A DNA stretch of 64,000 nucleotides from a virus. Its lineage: Duplodnaviria > Caudoviricetes. A program made the translations under genes and the position numbers. Below the pieces are notes generated by a model. It was not told where the DNA came from and searched no databases. It saw nothing but the letters and a program-made list of their open reading frames with translations. Below, one piece after another: positions 46,746 to 57,184 of this stretch (position 1 is its first letter; the number at the start of each line of letters is the position of its first letter). The stretch lies in IMG/VR virus record IMGVR_UViG_3300031994_000009. One strand, written 5' to 3'.

Positions 46746-47639
46746 TTAATTATGTATCAAAATTTCATCAACATTTCCCCTTTTCGATGAATCACGATTA
46801 ATCAATCTCTTTGCGGAAACTGTTTCGATAATATATCCGTTATATAGAGCATCGAAGTAATCTCCGCATTTAGAATTGCTCAAAAGGAACTTTCCACCAT
46901 CCTTGTTGATCCTATCACAAAACCCCTTCAGTTTTTCCTGATCCTTATCGTTAAAATCATCTTTTGTGTAAGATGTGAAATTCGCCGTATCGCTGATCGG
47001 CTTGTACGGTGGATCCAGATAATATATAGCGTCGCAACCCTCGGCTGATGCTATTTGTGTTACGACATCTGTCTTGGAATAGTCACCACACAATATTGCT
47101 ACTTTCTCGTTTAATGCGATATGGACCTTGTCAAGTTCATCCTCGTTGAACGCATACACATAATCTTTTTGGCCCCACGGAACGTTGAACTCTCCGTTCC
47201 TGTTCACGCGATATATCCCGTTGAAACAACATTTGTTTATGAAAACAAAAGTTGCCGCACCCCAAGCGTCCGACATTTTTATGTCGCCTTTTATCCAATG
47301 GTTGTAATGTAGCCTTATGATATTGAACCTCTCTTTTTTCATAGAATCCGCATTATACGACTCCTGCATGTTATAGAGTTGGTCCTTGAACTCCTTGTAT
47401 CTCTCCGTATCCTTGATGACCCTGTATGTGTTGATCAACTGTTCGTTAGCGTCATTTATTACGGCATATCTCATATTTGAACATGTGTCCAGAAGATGGA
47501 ACAGAACAGATCCACCACCAACAAACGGTTCGACATAGACAAACTCCCTTGAACTTTCCCTGAGTTTCCAGATTCGTTCGTCGATCTCATTGATCAACTG
47601 CGTCTTACCTCCAGCCCATTTTATAAACGGTTTAGCCAT
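46746..47639 (-). CDS. dam: Dam-family (D12 class) N6-adenine DNA methyltransferase
   Basis: KPFIKWAGGK, EPFVGGGS, FNGIYRVN...FNVPWG, DPPY and LSNS. Confidence 0.93.
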   Translation of the reverse strand: MAKPFIKWAGGKTQLINEIDERIWKLRESSREFVYVEPFVGGGSVLFHLLDTCSNMRYAVINDANEQLINTYRVIKDTERYKEFKDQLYNMQESYNADSMKKERFNIIRLHYNHWIKGDIKMSDAWGAATFVFINKCCFNGIYRVNRNGEFNVPWGQKDYVYAFNEDELDKVHIALNEKVAILCGDYSKTDVVTQIASAEGCDAIYYLDPPYKPISDTANFTSYTKDDFNDKDQEKLKGFCDRINKDGGKFLLSNSKCGDYFDALYNGYIIETVSAKRLINRDSSKRGNVDEILIHN

Positions 47640-47667
47640 TTAAGAATGATTTCGATTTTTCGATAGT

Positions 47668-47680
47668 GCAAATATACGGA
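47668..47680 (-). promoter_or_regulatory. Class I promoter
   Basis: Exact motif upstream of dam. Confidence 0.85.
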
Positions 47681-47697
47681 ATATTTCCAAAAAAAGA

Positions 47698-47724
47698 AAG
47701 GCCGATCCAGAAGAAATCGGCCTT
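47698..47724. terminator. intrinsic terminator
   Basis: AAGGCCGAT...ATCGGCCTT. Confidence 0.65.
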
Positions 47725-47747
47725 CCGTGGCAGCATAAAATTATTTT

Positions 47748-48509
47748 TCAGATTTCGATAACCAATGGATCATATGTCACATCGTATCGTTCGTTCTTGA
47801 TGCTTACGTTAGCTGTAAGAGTCGTACCATATTTCTCGACATTATGGTTTCCACTATGGACATGGCCACAAAGCCATAATCCGATGATCTTGTCACGAAC
47901 ACATTTCGTCAGGACGGAAGATCCATATTCTGGTTTGTCATATTTCTCCAATGACACTCCAGTATCATTGACAAACTTGCCAGGACTATGTGTAAGCAAT
48001 ACGTCAACCCTATCTGGAATCAGACGGAACAACGCTTCAAGTTCTTCATCGTTCCTATAGAATGCCCAACCATAAAGTTCAGGAATATATGGTGTTCCAT
48101 AAAAAACCTTTCCTTCGATCTCTACTGAATTGTCATGGAGATAAACCATTTTTTCGGAGAATCCAAAAACTTCAGCAACATAATCCGATAATGTAATGTC
48201 CTTATATTTTTCATCGTCTCCGCCGACAGTTCTCCATCGTGGGATGTTAGGATCTATATTCTGTGAATTTGTCCAGTCATTAAAGACATATTCAAAAACG
48301 AAATCATGGTTTCCAGCGATAATGACGATTTTCTTACAATCCAATCCATCACACCATTTCCTGAAAGTTTCTTTCATCCACTTCACGCTTTGCGGAATAT
48401 TTCTTTGCATACGGAGAGGAACGATGTCCCCGCATATACACACGACATCGCAACTTTGCTTAATAACGGGAAGATCCCCGTGCATATCAGATAACGCTAT
48501 GATTTTCAT
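47748..48509 (-). CDS. metallophosphoesterase
   Basis: SDMHG, CGD, AGNHD, THSP and GHVH. Confidence 0.92.
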   Translation of the reverse strand: MKIIALSDMHGDLPVIKQSCDVVCICGDIVPLRMQRNIPQSVKWMKETFRKWCDGLDCKKIVIIAGNHDFVFEYVFNDWTNSQNIDPNIPRWRTVGGDDEKYKDITLSDYVAEVFGFSEKMVYLHDNSVEIEGKVFYGTPYIPELYGWAFYRNDEELEALFRLIPDRVDVLLTHSPGKFVNDTGVSLEKYDKPEYGSSVLTKCVRDKIIGLWLCGHVHSGNHNVEKYGTTLTANVSIKNERYDVTYDPLVIEI

Positions 48510-48545
48510 ATCAACAAAAAATTGTTTCTCCTTGTAAAATTTGGG

Positions 48546-48566
48546 TAATTATATACTTGTTGGCAC
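48546..48566 (-). promoter_or_regulatory. Class II promoter GTGCCAACAAGTATATAATTA
   Basis: Third copy of the motif. Confidence 0.65.
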
Positions 48567-48572
48567 AAAAAT

Positions 48573-48785
48573 TTACTTCAATGAATTTTTACACATCAAA
48601 TATAAATCATATAAATATTCTTCGCTATATGGTGTTTCTTCAGATATGTGGTACCAACGCCATTCATCAACAAAACCACCAACATAGTGACCTAATTTTT
48701 CTGGTATTTTATCCATTACTGAATAAGGTACATCACTACCCCTTAATAATGCAATAATGTCTTTTTTATCTAAATCAACTTTCAT
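48573..48785 (-). CDS. hypothetical protein
   Basis: 70-aa ORF. Confidence 0.65.
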   Translation of the reverse strand: MKVDLDKKDIIALLRGSDVPYSVMDKIPEKLGHYVGGFVDEWRWYHISEETPYSEEYLYDLYLMCKNSLK

Positions 48786-48860
48786 TTTTTACATATTTTT
48801 TATAAACCAATTAGTTACATATTGACTTGTGCCATCATATTTTAAAATTAGAATTATTTT

Positions 48861-50033
48861 TTAAGAACAATAAATTTGACGAGACAACAATGGACCTCCC
48901 ATAGCAGTATCATAACAAATGTACTGCTGCTGTGGCCTCTCATACTCAAACCCATTAGTAAGGGCAAAACTGTTATATGAAATAATAGATCCATTGACAA
49001 CAGCATTTGGCGTATTCACGCTTGAATGGAAATGACCGATAAACAACATATCCTGATGAAACACCTTGGAATATTTCAATACAAGACGATTCAGTGCTGG
49101 ATAAATTCCACAGACAGTCCCAGTACCTCCAGACTTGATCTGGAACCCGTGTGCGAAGATAAACGTCTTATTGTCACAAGTGTGGACGATCGCCAACTCG
49201 GACTCTGGGATATAGAATTCCACTGGAAGGTTTGTAATCTCACACTGTTTCTTTATATTCTGGTACATCATCCATTCGTATGACATCTTATACCCGTTAC
49301 TGTGTTGAATCTTCTTCGTTGTTCTTGAGTGGTTTCCGACGATCCCGACGAAACGGATCTTCTTCAATTTCTTCAACGATGGATTTTCACAAAGGTATTT
49401 CAAGCCAGAATATATGAGAGACTGTGCCTTCAACGTAGCTTCAAGAGGGGACAACTGGTTAGTTTGCTCAAGCTCAGAATGTATGTAACCACTGATTGTA
49501 TCACCTAAAGAAGCAAAGATCAATTCATTCACATCATCTTGCACCAAGCAAGCAGCTAAGTTCCTGAAATATGTCTCTATCCTTTGCTCCGCTATCTCTA
49601 TATTATATTCGTTAAGGAAATTCACAGATTCTGGTTTGACAACCTCTTCTATATGGGCATCGCTGAAAAGTGCAACAGCATACCTATGACCCTTCTTTGT
49701 CGAAATAGGCCCAAAGTCATAGATCTGGAACGGTTGAGACTTGACTTCCTTTGTTTTCAGAAATTCCTGATATTCCGCTTCATCTTCTCTAGGCTTTTCA
49801 ACAGTAATAACTTTTACTTCCTTATCTTTTTCTTCATTGATATTCCCAGCATTAGCTCTAGAGAAAAGTTCATAAACTATGTCTTCATGGACAAAATATC
49901 CTTTAGAATTGATCGACTTCCTGATCTTGTCTCTGTTGACACCTATAGCTTTTGACAATTTTCTGATGCTTTCATACACATTTCCGTTACTGTCGATAAT
50001 CTTATTAGGAACGCTTGTAACTACATTAGCCAT
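48861..50033 (-). CDS. metallophosphoesterase/nuclease with N-terminal HTH
   Basis: SDAH, LGD.ISG.IH, GNH, AHG, GHFH and NGS; N-terminal SIRKLSKAIG. Confidence 0.85.
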   Translation of the reverse strand: MANVVTSVPNKIIDSNGNVYESIRKLSKAIGVNRDKIRKSINSKGYFVHEDIVYELFSRANAGNINEEKDKEVKVITVEKPREDEAEYQEFLKTKEVKSQPFQIYDFGPISTKKGHRYAVALFSDAHIEEVVKPESVNFLNEYNIEIAEQRIETYFRNLAACLVQDDVNELIFASLGDTISGYIHSELEQTNQLSPLEATLKAQSLIYSGLKYLCENPSLKKLKKIRFVGIVGNHSRTTKKIQHSNGYKMSYEWMMYQNIKKQCEITNLPVEFYIPESELAIVHTCDNKTFIFAHGFQIKSGGTGTVCGIYPALNRLVLKYSKVFHQDMLFIGHFHSSVNTPNAVVNGSIISYNSFALTNGFEYERPQQQYICYDTAMGGPLLSRQIYCS

Positions 50034-50444
50034 TTATTCTTCACTTTCTTTTTTCTTTTTTCCATAAACCTGAGCATAGACATCCAATTCTTTTTTCCTA
50101 TTCTCATGAAGTTCGAAATCATAGTTTGTCTTCAACCCATACATTAGGTTAAACCATTCGAACTCCCTTTCTACCGTGCTTCTTTTCCAATTAGTCTTTG
50201 GTGCATAATCTTTCCAATGCTCGAAAAAATAAACCTTCCACGAAAGAAACTCATCGAAATCATCGAAGCAATATCTCTGAAACCAATCGTTTCTGTATTC
50301 GATATTTGGATCGATCTTGGATTTATCGTCTGGCCATTCAGGTAATGTCATCAAATAGTCATAATCAATCCCGAACTTCTTCAGTTCAGAATTAATGACA
50401 TCTTTCGCAAACTGTTTTGCTGTGATTTTCTTTGTATAAGCCAT
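50034..50444 (-). CDS. hypothetical protein
   Basis: ORF in operon. Confidence 0.7.
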   Translation of the reverse strand: MAYTKKITAKQFAKDVINSELKKFGIDYDYLMTLPEWPDDKSKIDPNIEYRNDWFQRYCFDDFDEFLSWKVYFFEHWKDYAPKTNWKRSTVEREFEWFNLMYGLKTNYDFELHENRKKELDVYAQVYGKKKKESEE

Positions 50445-50461
50445 TTATAAAATGGTTTGTT

Positions 50462-50713
50462 TTAGCTATCTCCGTAAACTTCATTGTAGTTATATTGCTC
50501 ATATCTGGAAGCTATTTCGTGTAAACGGTGAGCAAAATCATTGTTATCCGTATATATTCCACGCGATCTTGCATATTCATCGATCACATCATCCAATGTC
50601 TTTTTCTTGTATACGTTATTATCCATGAAATCCTTTACAGGATGAGATTTTGAGATTTCAGAGATTCCGTATCCTAAAGCGCAAAGCGCAACATCTTTTA
50701 ATAAGCTTCCCAT
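50462..50713 (-). CDS. hypothetical protein
   Basis: Downstream of the class I promoter variant at 50735-50747. Confidence 0.7.
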   Translation of the reverse strand: MGSLLKDVALCALGYGISEISKSHPVKDFMDNNVYKKKTLDDVIDEYARSRGIYTDNNDFAHRLHEIASRYEQYNYNEVYGDS

Positions 50714-50734
50714 GATTTTATTTTTATAAACGAT

Positions 50735-50747
50735 GCAAATTTACGGA
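50735..50747 (-). promoter_or_regulatory. Class I promoter variant TCCGTAAATTTGC
   Basis: One mismatch at an nn position; TAnnTTTG is kept. Confidence 0.8.
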
Positions 50748-50782
50748 TTTTTGAACAAACAAAAAAGAAATTGTTTAGAAAA

Positions 50783-50995
50783 TTACGATTTATTTTCATT
50801 TTCTCTTGGTTTCTTAAACCAAATAAACCCAGAAACAACGATCAAACAAAATAGCCAGAGAATAGATGCGATTGCTCCAACAACATATCCTAACAATTTC
50901 TTCTCTGTTTCGGATCTCTTTATAACAACGATAAAAGTTACAAGCAAAACAATCGTGACTATCAGATATAATATCAAAACTCCAACAAAACTCAT
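50783..50995 (-). CDS. small two-TM membrane protein
   Basis: Two hydrophobic helices. Confidence 0.6.
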   Translation of the reverse strand: MSFVGVLILYLIVTIVLLVTFIVVIKRSETEKKLLGYVVGAIASILWLFCLIVVSGFIWFKKPRENENKS

Positions 50996-51083
50996 GTTAG
51001 AAACATTTCTTTTCTTAATTATATAGAAAAAACACGAAACCCATTAAAAATAGGATAAATAACCTAAAGTTTTTACAAGCTCA

Positions 51084-51335
51084 ATGTTCAATCCAAATAA
51101 ACACAGCGGAAGATGGTATTGCACAAGACACCAAGACCATTATACGGATCTAGGTTTCGACTATCATGGACACATATATGAAAAGACATTGAGCCATGTC
51201 ATATTCCAAAATAAAAGGAACAAAGCTATACTTTCTAGAATAGAGCCTATGATTGAATATGCGATCAACGCGGTTAAACAGATTAAACTTCAATTCATAT
51301 TCTCTCTCGACAAAAACGACACAAGAATCAACTGA
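51084..51335 (+). CDS. small structural-operon protein
   Basis: GATAAATA at 51054-51061; stop overlaps the next start. Confidence 0.65.
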   Translation: MFNPNKHSGRWYCTRHQDHYTDLGFDYHGHIYEKTLSHVIFQNKRNKAILSRIEPMIEYAINAVKQIKLQFIFSLDKNDTRIN

Positions 51336-54300
51336 TGGGCACATTCAATTACAGTCGTTTCAGATATTTCGACAAAAATGGACATGAACTTGTAATAAAG
51401 CATGTACCACAAGTTAAACTGTCGATCCAAAACGATAACATACCTGAGTTCGGAGCGGAATACGCATTCGTAAACGGAGATCCATCCCTGCAGAACATTG
51501 CACAAAATTCATCTATTGTGCAATTAAAAGCTGGAGATAGATTCAATCTTGCGGACAATTCATCCCCGCTAAACGTCAAAATCTCCATAACAAAGGACGG
51601 AAGCACAAACGAATCGGAAGGTTTGATATCAAATTCTTCTACACACACTTTATATACACTAAAATCATATAGCAGCAGCAACGGAGAAGAAAACATACCG
51701 TTAATTCACTATAATGAAGGTTCATTGTCTTTGAAATCCTTTATGATAGGGCAAAGTAATCTTGACATAAGCAACTCTGCGAATTTCTTTCCAACATACA
51801 CGTTTAATTCAAGGATATCTTTCGACAGAATCTCAACTGGTTTAGTAGAGACACAGACAATCTATGTTCTGGTTGAGAATGAAAACGACATAGACGAAAA
51901 CGGTGTACCAAAACTGACGACTGTCCAAGAATATGCGGAAACCAACCAAGACGCTTCGGCATATATCAATAGGTTCCAACTGTTCTTCTTCATAGATTGC
52001 AGAAACCAGAAAGATTTCAGGATGTTCCACGTCAAATACGATGAGATGGAATGGTCCGACAGATCGATACTTGATTTCAGAAAAGAATACGAAGACGGGA
52101 GCAACGACAACGGATATTCCGTGAATATCGGATTCAGCGGAGAGAATGACGGTGTGTATGAGCAGAATCTTTACGTGTGCATCCTTGACAAATCCACAGA
52201 AAGCGAAGATTATCCAGGAGACGTATACCCAGTTGGGGAAATTCTTATGACAGCAGAAACAGAAGGGGAGGACGAAAGATACAGGGCATTCTTCACAAAT
52301 TTCGGAATTCCAGACCCGAATGAATACGACAAGATCTTCAACGAAACGAACATGAACGAAGATCTCCCCGACTTCAACAGCATCAACAAGCATTCCAAAA
52401 AGATGTTCCTCGCGTATGACAAAATATTCCCATATATAGGAAGCTACAAAGCCTTGATTAACGCCGTAAAGGTTCTTGGATACGAAGACGAAATATTCTT
52501 TAAAGAATGGTACAAGGAGATCGGAAACTCCGCCATGGAAGACAGCGGATACACAACATATGAGATAACATACGGTTCCAAACTTCACACCAACATAATA
52601 CAAAACGCTGTATTATCGGAAAGAATTCACCTTAGAAAGATGAACTGGCTTAGTATGTTATACAGGATGAGCATAGAGCTAGACGAATTCGAGGACCTGT
52701 ATGGATTCCCGCATGCGATAACAAACTACAGGAACTTCAACACGGACAAACTCATGAAGCTGTTTGGATTGAAAGAATGGCTTGAGAAATACGTGATAGG
52801 GGTGAACTGCCATATTATAGACATAGGGGGGGAAGGGCTTGTTTTTGAAAGATACAATCTACAGAAATTTGGATCCTATCAGAACGTAATAGACGTTACA
52901 AGGGAAAAAACAATAAGTCCCATCATTAAAAACTCCGTTGAAATCATGCACGACGGATCGGCAAACATTAATGTAGAGCTTCATTCGAACGGAGAAACGA
53001 CAACGATAGAAGACTGCGCAGATATAAAATTTTCTGATTTTTGTGAAGGATATTTTAATGAAAGTGGAGTTTTTTGCCAGTTCGACGAATACGTTGAAGA
53101 TAACAACACATACCGATATTACGGAAAAACATTTGAGATGAACGAAAATATAGAGTCAATTATAATAAGAACAAAAGGAACACATGACTCTTATATGTAC
53201 AACGCGGACTCATCCAACGCTGACATATATCAAAACTTTTCTTCAATTCTTATAGATAATAATGAAATTTTCTTCGACGAAACGCATGACTTCGAAAAGG
53301 CATTAAACTCCCCGTTTAAGAGATTACCATTCATTGAAATAGAAAACGGAATAATCAAAAGATACAAAAACGATAGGGACAATACTGGAGAACTCCAATA
53401 CTACGCAAACATATATCCAGACAGTTCTAATAATTTATTATATTATAGAATTGATGTATTAAAAGATGCAGAATCTTCAACAAAATCATACTGGCTCGAT
53501 GAAATTCCAACATTCCTGCCACCAATATCTGTATTATCAGATAATAACATAACGATCACACCACCGTCAAAAAGACTAGGAACAGATCTAACCGCACAAG
53601 ATATGGTTAGACCGTTAAGCAAACCATATAGCATTTCTGTAGAAAACGGAACATCAGTAGAATACCAAAGACAAGATTGGTACACTAACTACGGTTTAAG
53701 ATTTTGTGTAGATAATGCGCACGGAATACCTTGTTTCAAAATTATAGGGTACGAGGAAAAAAATATTATGTTAAGCGGAAACAAAAGAACACATGTTCCT
53801 AGAATAAGACAAAGGATCACAGAGCCAAAACAATACGAATATTTTCTTGAAATAACAAATGGAAGACTAATATTTCCAGACGTAAGAAAAGATTTTATAT
53901 CTATTATTAATTTTGAATACAATCCAGAAACACAAAAAAGAAAAATATATGTCACAACATATAAAGACACAATTCATTCATCAACATATAAGTATATAAG
54001 TGGAAAATCCAGCAAAACTATTATTGATAATTTTATATTTGGGTGCGAGTATATAGGATTCATTAACAACTATGACGCAAACCCTCAACAGGCAATCACA
54101 TTTAATAACACCAAACAAATTAAAGTATTTCATGCTGGAGATTATGAGGTCAGTAATATAATATACAACAAAGATAACTTCGTTTTTTCAAAAAAGGCAG
54201 AAGGTATATGTAAAGTAAAAACACCATCTGCTGATCTTATTATATTGACAGCAGATCAGAGTTCAAATAATGCATACGAAATATACGACTCCATCGCTCC

Positions 54301-55915
54301 ATATGATTACATCAACTTGTTATTTTCTAGTATGAAAAAACAGGAAGATTGTATATTTGGCTACAAGCCTAAACTTCAAATTAAATCAATAAACGATCTT
54401 ACCGTTAACTATGAAGGTATACAAGAAAAAACAAACGGGGAACAAGATTGGGGAACACTTCATACTTTGAGTAAAAGAGATTTTTCCATAGCAACAATAT
54501 CATCATTGAGCGACAGATTTGACATTCCATGCTATACTAACAATATTGAAATGGAAAGAAACATTGGGTTCACGATGATAAGAAGAACTCCACACACATC
54601 TCACCTTTTCTGTGACACAAGCACAGAAATGATGAATATACTTTCTTATATGAATATCACACAAGGCACTGTGATCGAAACACTCAATGAATTAACACAA
54701 GACACATATTATATCGATGGAACGATGGTGGATGTTACATTGTTTGTCTATAATACATTATGCGAATACCCTATATATTCAACACCAGGTGTTATGATAC
54801 CAATAGAAGGATCTGAATACGACGAATACAGATTTATGCCATTGTCCCAAGTAGATGCATATGACATCATCGACAACTTTTTAGGAAAACAAAACATATC
54901 TTTTTATGTCATTCCAACGTGGACTCTTCCCGTTTATTTCGGAGGTCTTTCGTCAGAAACAAACACAGTTGGTTTCAGTTTAATGTTCTATCCATTCAGC
55001 AAAACATTAAAAAATGAATCTATGGGTATGCTCCATTTTAGAAATTCATATCATCAAAATTTAAATCAACCTTATTTTGGACATGGATCTTATAAAATAA
55101 TAGACACTATCATTAGATCATCAACATCTGGAAGACTTCTCCTATCAGCAAGTGTTAATCCAAATCCAAATCAGATCCGAGTAGAACAAAGATCTTTCGA
55201 CGGTTCCACATGGTTTTCTCCAAATAGTTTGGATTTTATGGAATATAAGACAGACATATCTAGCGATCTAAGCAACAATATGAATGGTTATTTTAGCATG
55301 ATAGAAAATTCATATGCAAAAAAAGCTAAATTTTTCATAGATTCTCAATATTCTGTATCTTTAAGAGATTTCGACACTATGTATGCTATGCAAATATGGG
55401 AATGGGATTCATCCGTATACGAAAGCACAGCAGACATAAAAACACAATATATATACAATGTTCCAGTTTGTATTAATAAACCTTTTGTCAGTTTACTCGT
55501 AAAAATAAATGACAGTTCTCCTCAATTTTCAATGTCTGGATTCATAGGGAACGGAAAATATGCGATAGAATGGAGAATATACAAAAGAATCGACGGAACT
55601 AACAGAAAACTCGTGATGAGATGTAGGAATCTTGTGATGAACTTGAAGCTGTTTGATCCTGGTATATACGATATAGAATATGATTATTTCGATAGAAACG
55701 GAAATAAATACACAAAGAAAATGTATAACGCCGTAACATATACTGGCGAAGAAAACATAGATACTGCAATAAACCAAACAGAGAATATCCCGTATAATTT
55801 TGAATGGAGTGACTACGTTTGCGCAAAGAACGAAATTCATTATCAGTTTGAATGGAGCGATTATGTATGCGCTGTTGAGGAAGTTAGTTCTGACACTTAC
55901 TGGGAAAACATATAA
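51335..55915 (+). CDS. large virion structural protein, probably baseplate
   Basis: 1526 aa; YIGSYKALINA...GY and KLFGLKEWLEKY...IIDI.GEG baseplate-type segments; C-terminal PGIYDI. Confidence 0.6.
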   Translation: MGTFNYSRFRYFDKNGHELVIKHVPQVKLSIQNDNIPEFGAEYAFVNGDPSLQNIAQNSSIVQLKAGDRFNLADNSSPLNVKISITKDGSTNESEGLISNSSTHTLYTLKSYSSSNGEENIPLIHYNEGSLSLKSFMIGQSNLDISNSANFFPTYTFNSRISFDRISTGLVETQTIYVLVENENDIDENGVPKLTTVQEYAETNQDASAYINRFQLFFFIDCRNQKDFRMFHVKYDEMEWSDRSILDFRKEYEDGSNDNGYSVNIGFSGENDGVYEQNLYVCILDKSTESEDYPGDVYPVGEILMTAETEGEDERYRAFFTNFGIPDPNEYDKIFNETNMNEDLPDFNSINKHSKKMFLAYDKIFPYIGSYKALINAVKVLGYEDEIFFKEWYKEIGNSAMEDSGYTTYEITYGSKLHTNIIQNAVLSERIHLRKMNWLSMLYRMSIELDEFEDLYGFPHAITNYRNFNTDKLMKLFGLKEWLEKYVIGVNCHIIDIGGEGLVFERYNLQKFGSYQNVIDVTREKTISPIIKNSVEIMHDGSANINVELHSNGETTTIEDCADIKFSDFCEGYFNESGVFCQFDEYVEDNNTYRYYGKTFEMNENIESIIIRTKGTHDSYMYNADSSNADIYQNFSSILIDNNEIFFDETHDFEKALNSPFKRLPFIEIENGIIKRYKNDRDNTGELQYYANIYPDSSNNLLYYRIDVLKDAESSTKSYWLDEIPTFLPPISVLSDNNITITPPSKRLGTDLTAQDMVRPLSKPYSISVENGTSVEYQRQDWYTNYGLRFCVDNAHGIPCFKIIGYEEKNIMLSGNKRTHVPRIRQRITEPKQYEYFLEITNGRLIFPDVRKDFISIINFEYNPETQKRKIYVTTYKDTIHSSTYKYISGKSSKTIIDNFIFGCEYIGFINNYDANPQQAITFNNTKQIKVFHAGDYEVSNIIYNKDNFVFSKKAEGICKVKTPSADLIILTADQSSNNAYEIYDSIAPYDYINLLFSSMKKQEDCIFGYKPKLQIKSINDLTVNYEGIQEKTNGEQDWGTLHTLSKRDFSIATISSLSDRFDIPCYTNNIEMERNIGFTMIRRTPHTSHLFCDTSTEMMNILSYMNITQGTVIETLNELTQDTYYIDGTMVDVTLFVYNTLCEYPIYSTPGVMIPIEGSEYDEYRFMPLSQVDAYDIIDNFLGKQNISFYVIPTWTLPVYFGGLSSETNTVGFSLMFYPFSKTLKNESMGMLHFRNSYHQNLNQPYFGHGSYKIIDTIIRSSTSGRLLLSASVNPNPNQIRVEQRSFDGSTWFSPNSLDFMEYKTDISSDLSNNMNGYFSMIENSYAKKAKFFIDSQYSVSLRDFDTMYAMQIWEWDSSVYESTADIKTQYIYNVPVCINKPFVSLLVKINDSSPQFSMSGFIGNGKYAIEWRIYKRIDGTNRKLVMRCRNLVMNLKLFDPGIYDIEYDYFDRNGNKYTKKMYNAVTYTGEENIDTAINQTENIPYNFEWSDYVCAKNEIHYQFEWSDYVCAVEEVSSDTYWENI

Positions 55916-55927
55916 AATAAGCATAAA

Positions 55928-56257
55928 ATGGAAAAAATATACAGTAACAATGGATATGCAAGAATGAAGACCCTTACTATATCAAGAGGAGAAGATTCTA
56001 GTATATATTCATTCGTGTCACAATTCGTATATAACAGTACGACATACCCTTCATTGACGGACGAACAATTACAAAAAATGGATCGCACAAGTTATATAGA
56101 CAGACTCAGATCATTTGTAAATTACATATATAGTATAAACGAAGGATTGCAATCAGACTGTCCATACATGGCTCAAGGCGCAGAAATCTATAATACAGAT
56201 TGGTGCCCAATAACTGGGCCATCTTCAGAATATAATTGGGATAACATACAAAGTTAA
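55928..56257 (+). CDS. small virion-operon protein
   Basis: Co-oriented in the late operon. Confidence 0.65.
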   Translation: MEKIYSNNGYARMKTLTISRGEDSSIYSFVSQFVYNSTTYPSLTDEQLQKMDRTSYIDRLRSFVNYIYSINEGLQSDCPYMAQGAEIYNTDWCPITGPSSEYNWDNIQS

Positions 56258-56279
56258 TCAAAAATCAACAAATAAAAAT

Positions 56280-57182
56280 ATGCCGACACCAGTAAGATTT
56301 AAATATGGATCATATTCCGATTACAAAAATATACAGCACGATGATGGCACTTTATATTTCATAACGGATCGAGGTCTTATTTTCAGAGGTGATTCTCTTG
56401 TTACTCATAATATTGATGCAAGTACATACACCGACTCATCTGGAAACATTATTCTAAGAATATCTGACAATTCTGGATGGCCAAATGAAACAACATTTGA
56501 TGTTTATACTATACAATCCATACAAAACATATTAGCGACTTTTATTGCTGCTGCGGATGCCATGAAATTCAAAGGCGTTCTTGGAACAGGAAGCGGAATG
56601 ACGCAAAATCTGCCAAATTTTGGTTATAAAATAGGATGGTGCTATAAAGTTGGAACGGCTGGAACATATGCTGGAAAAGAATGTGAGGTTGGCGATCTTA
56701 TAATATCCATAAACGACGGGCCATCTTCAGCACCTCAACAACCAATCAACGAAGATTGGACAATTGTACAATCTAATGATTATGCAGTTTCCGTGCCAGA
56801 TATAAATTATACTCTAGATTCGAGTTGCATCGTTGTCGGAAATGGCGGTAGAATGGTAAGAAAAGTCACACCACATGCAAATCAAACAGACATGTTTTTA
56901 GGGGTAGATTCTTCTTTCAATCCAACATGGAAACAAATATCCTCAGCAGATATTACTGGTATTATTCCAGTCACACACGGAGGTACGGGACAATCCGCAT
57001 TTAATGATGGTTCTGCATTAATCGGAAACGGAGAAAATCCAATACAAACAAGAGAAATATCAAATAGTATTATAAACGGATACGCAGAGTCAAACGCATT
57101 AGTCACAGCACAAGGAATTATAGAATATGTCAACCAAGCTAGTCAATCTGCGACAGTTAATTGGGAAACTATAGAACCATAA
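56280..57182 (+). CDS. tail fibre-like protein
   Basis: GTLYFITD, AMKFKG...G..YKV..AGTYAG..CEVGD.II...W..VQ.N and PVTHGGTG. Confidence 0.7.
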   Translation: MPTPVRFKYGSYSDYKNIQHDDGTLYFITDRGLIFRGDSLVTHNIDASTYTDSSGNIILRISDNSGWPNETTFDVYTIQSIQNILATFIAAADAMKFKGVLGTGSGMTQNLPNFGYKIGWCYKVGTAGTYAGKECEVGDLIISINDGPSSAPQQPINEDWTIVQSNDYAVSVPDINYTLDSSCIVVGNGGRMVRKVTPHANQTDMFLGVDSSFNPTWKQISSADITGIIPVTHGGTGQSAFNDGSALIGNGENPIQTREISNSIINGYAESNALVTAQGIIEYVNQASQSATVNWETIEP

Positions 57183-57184
57183 TA

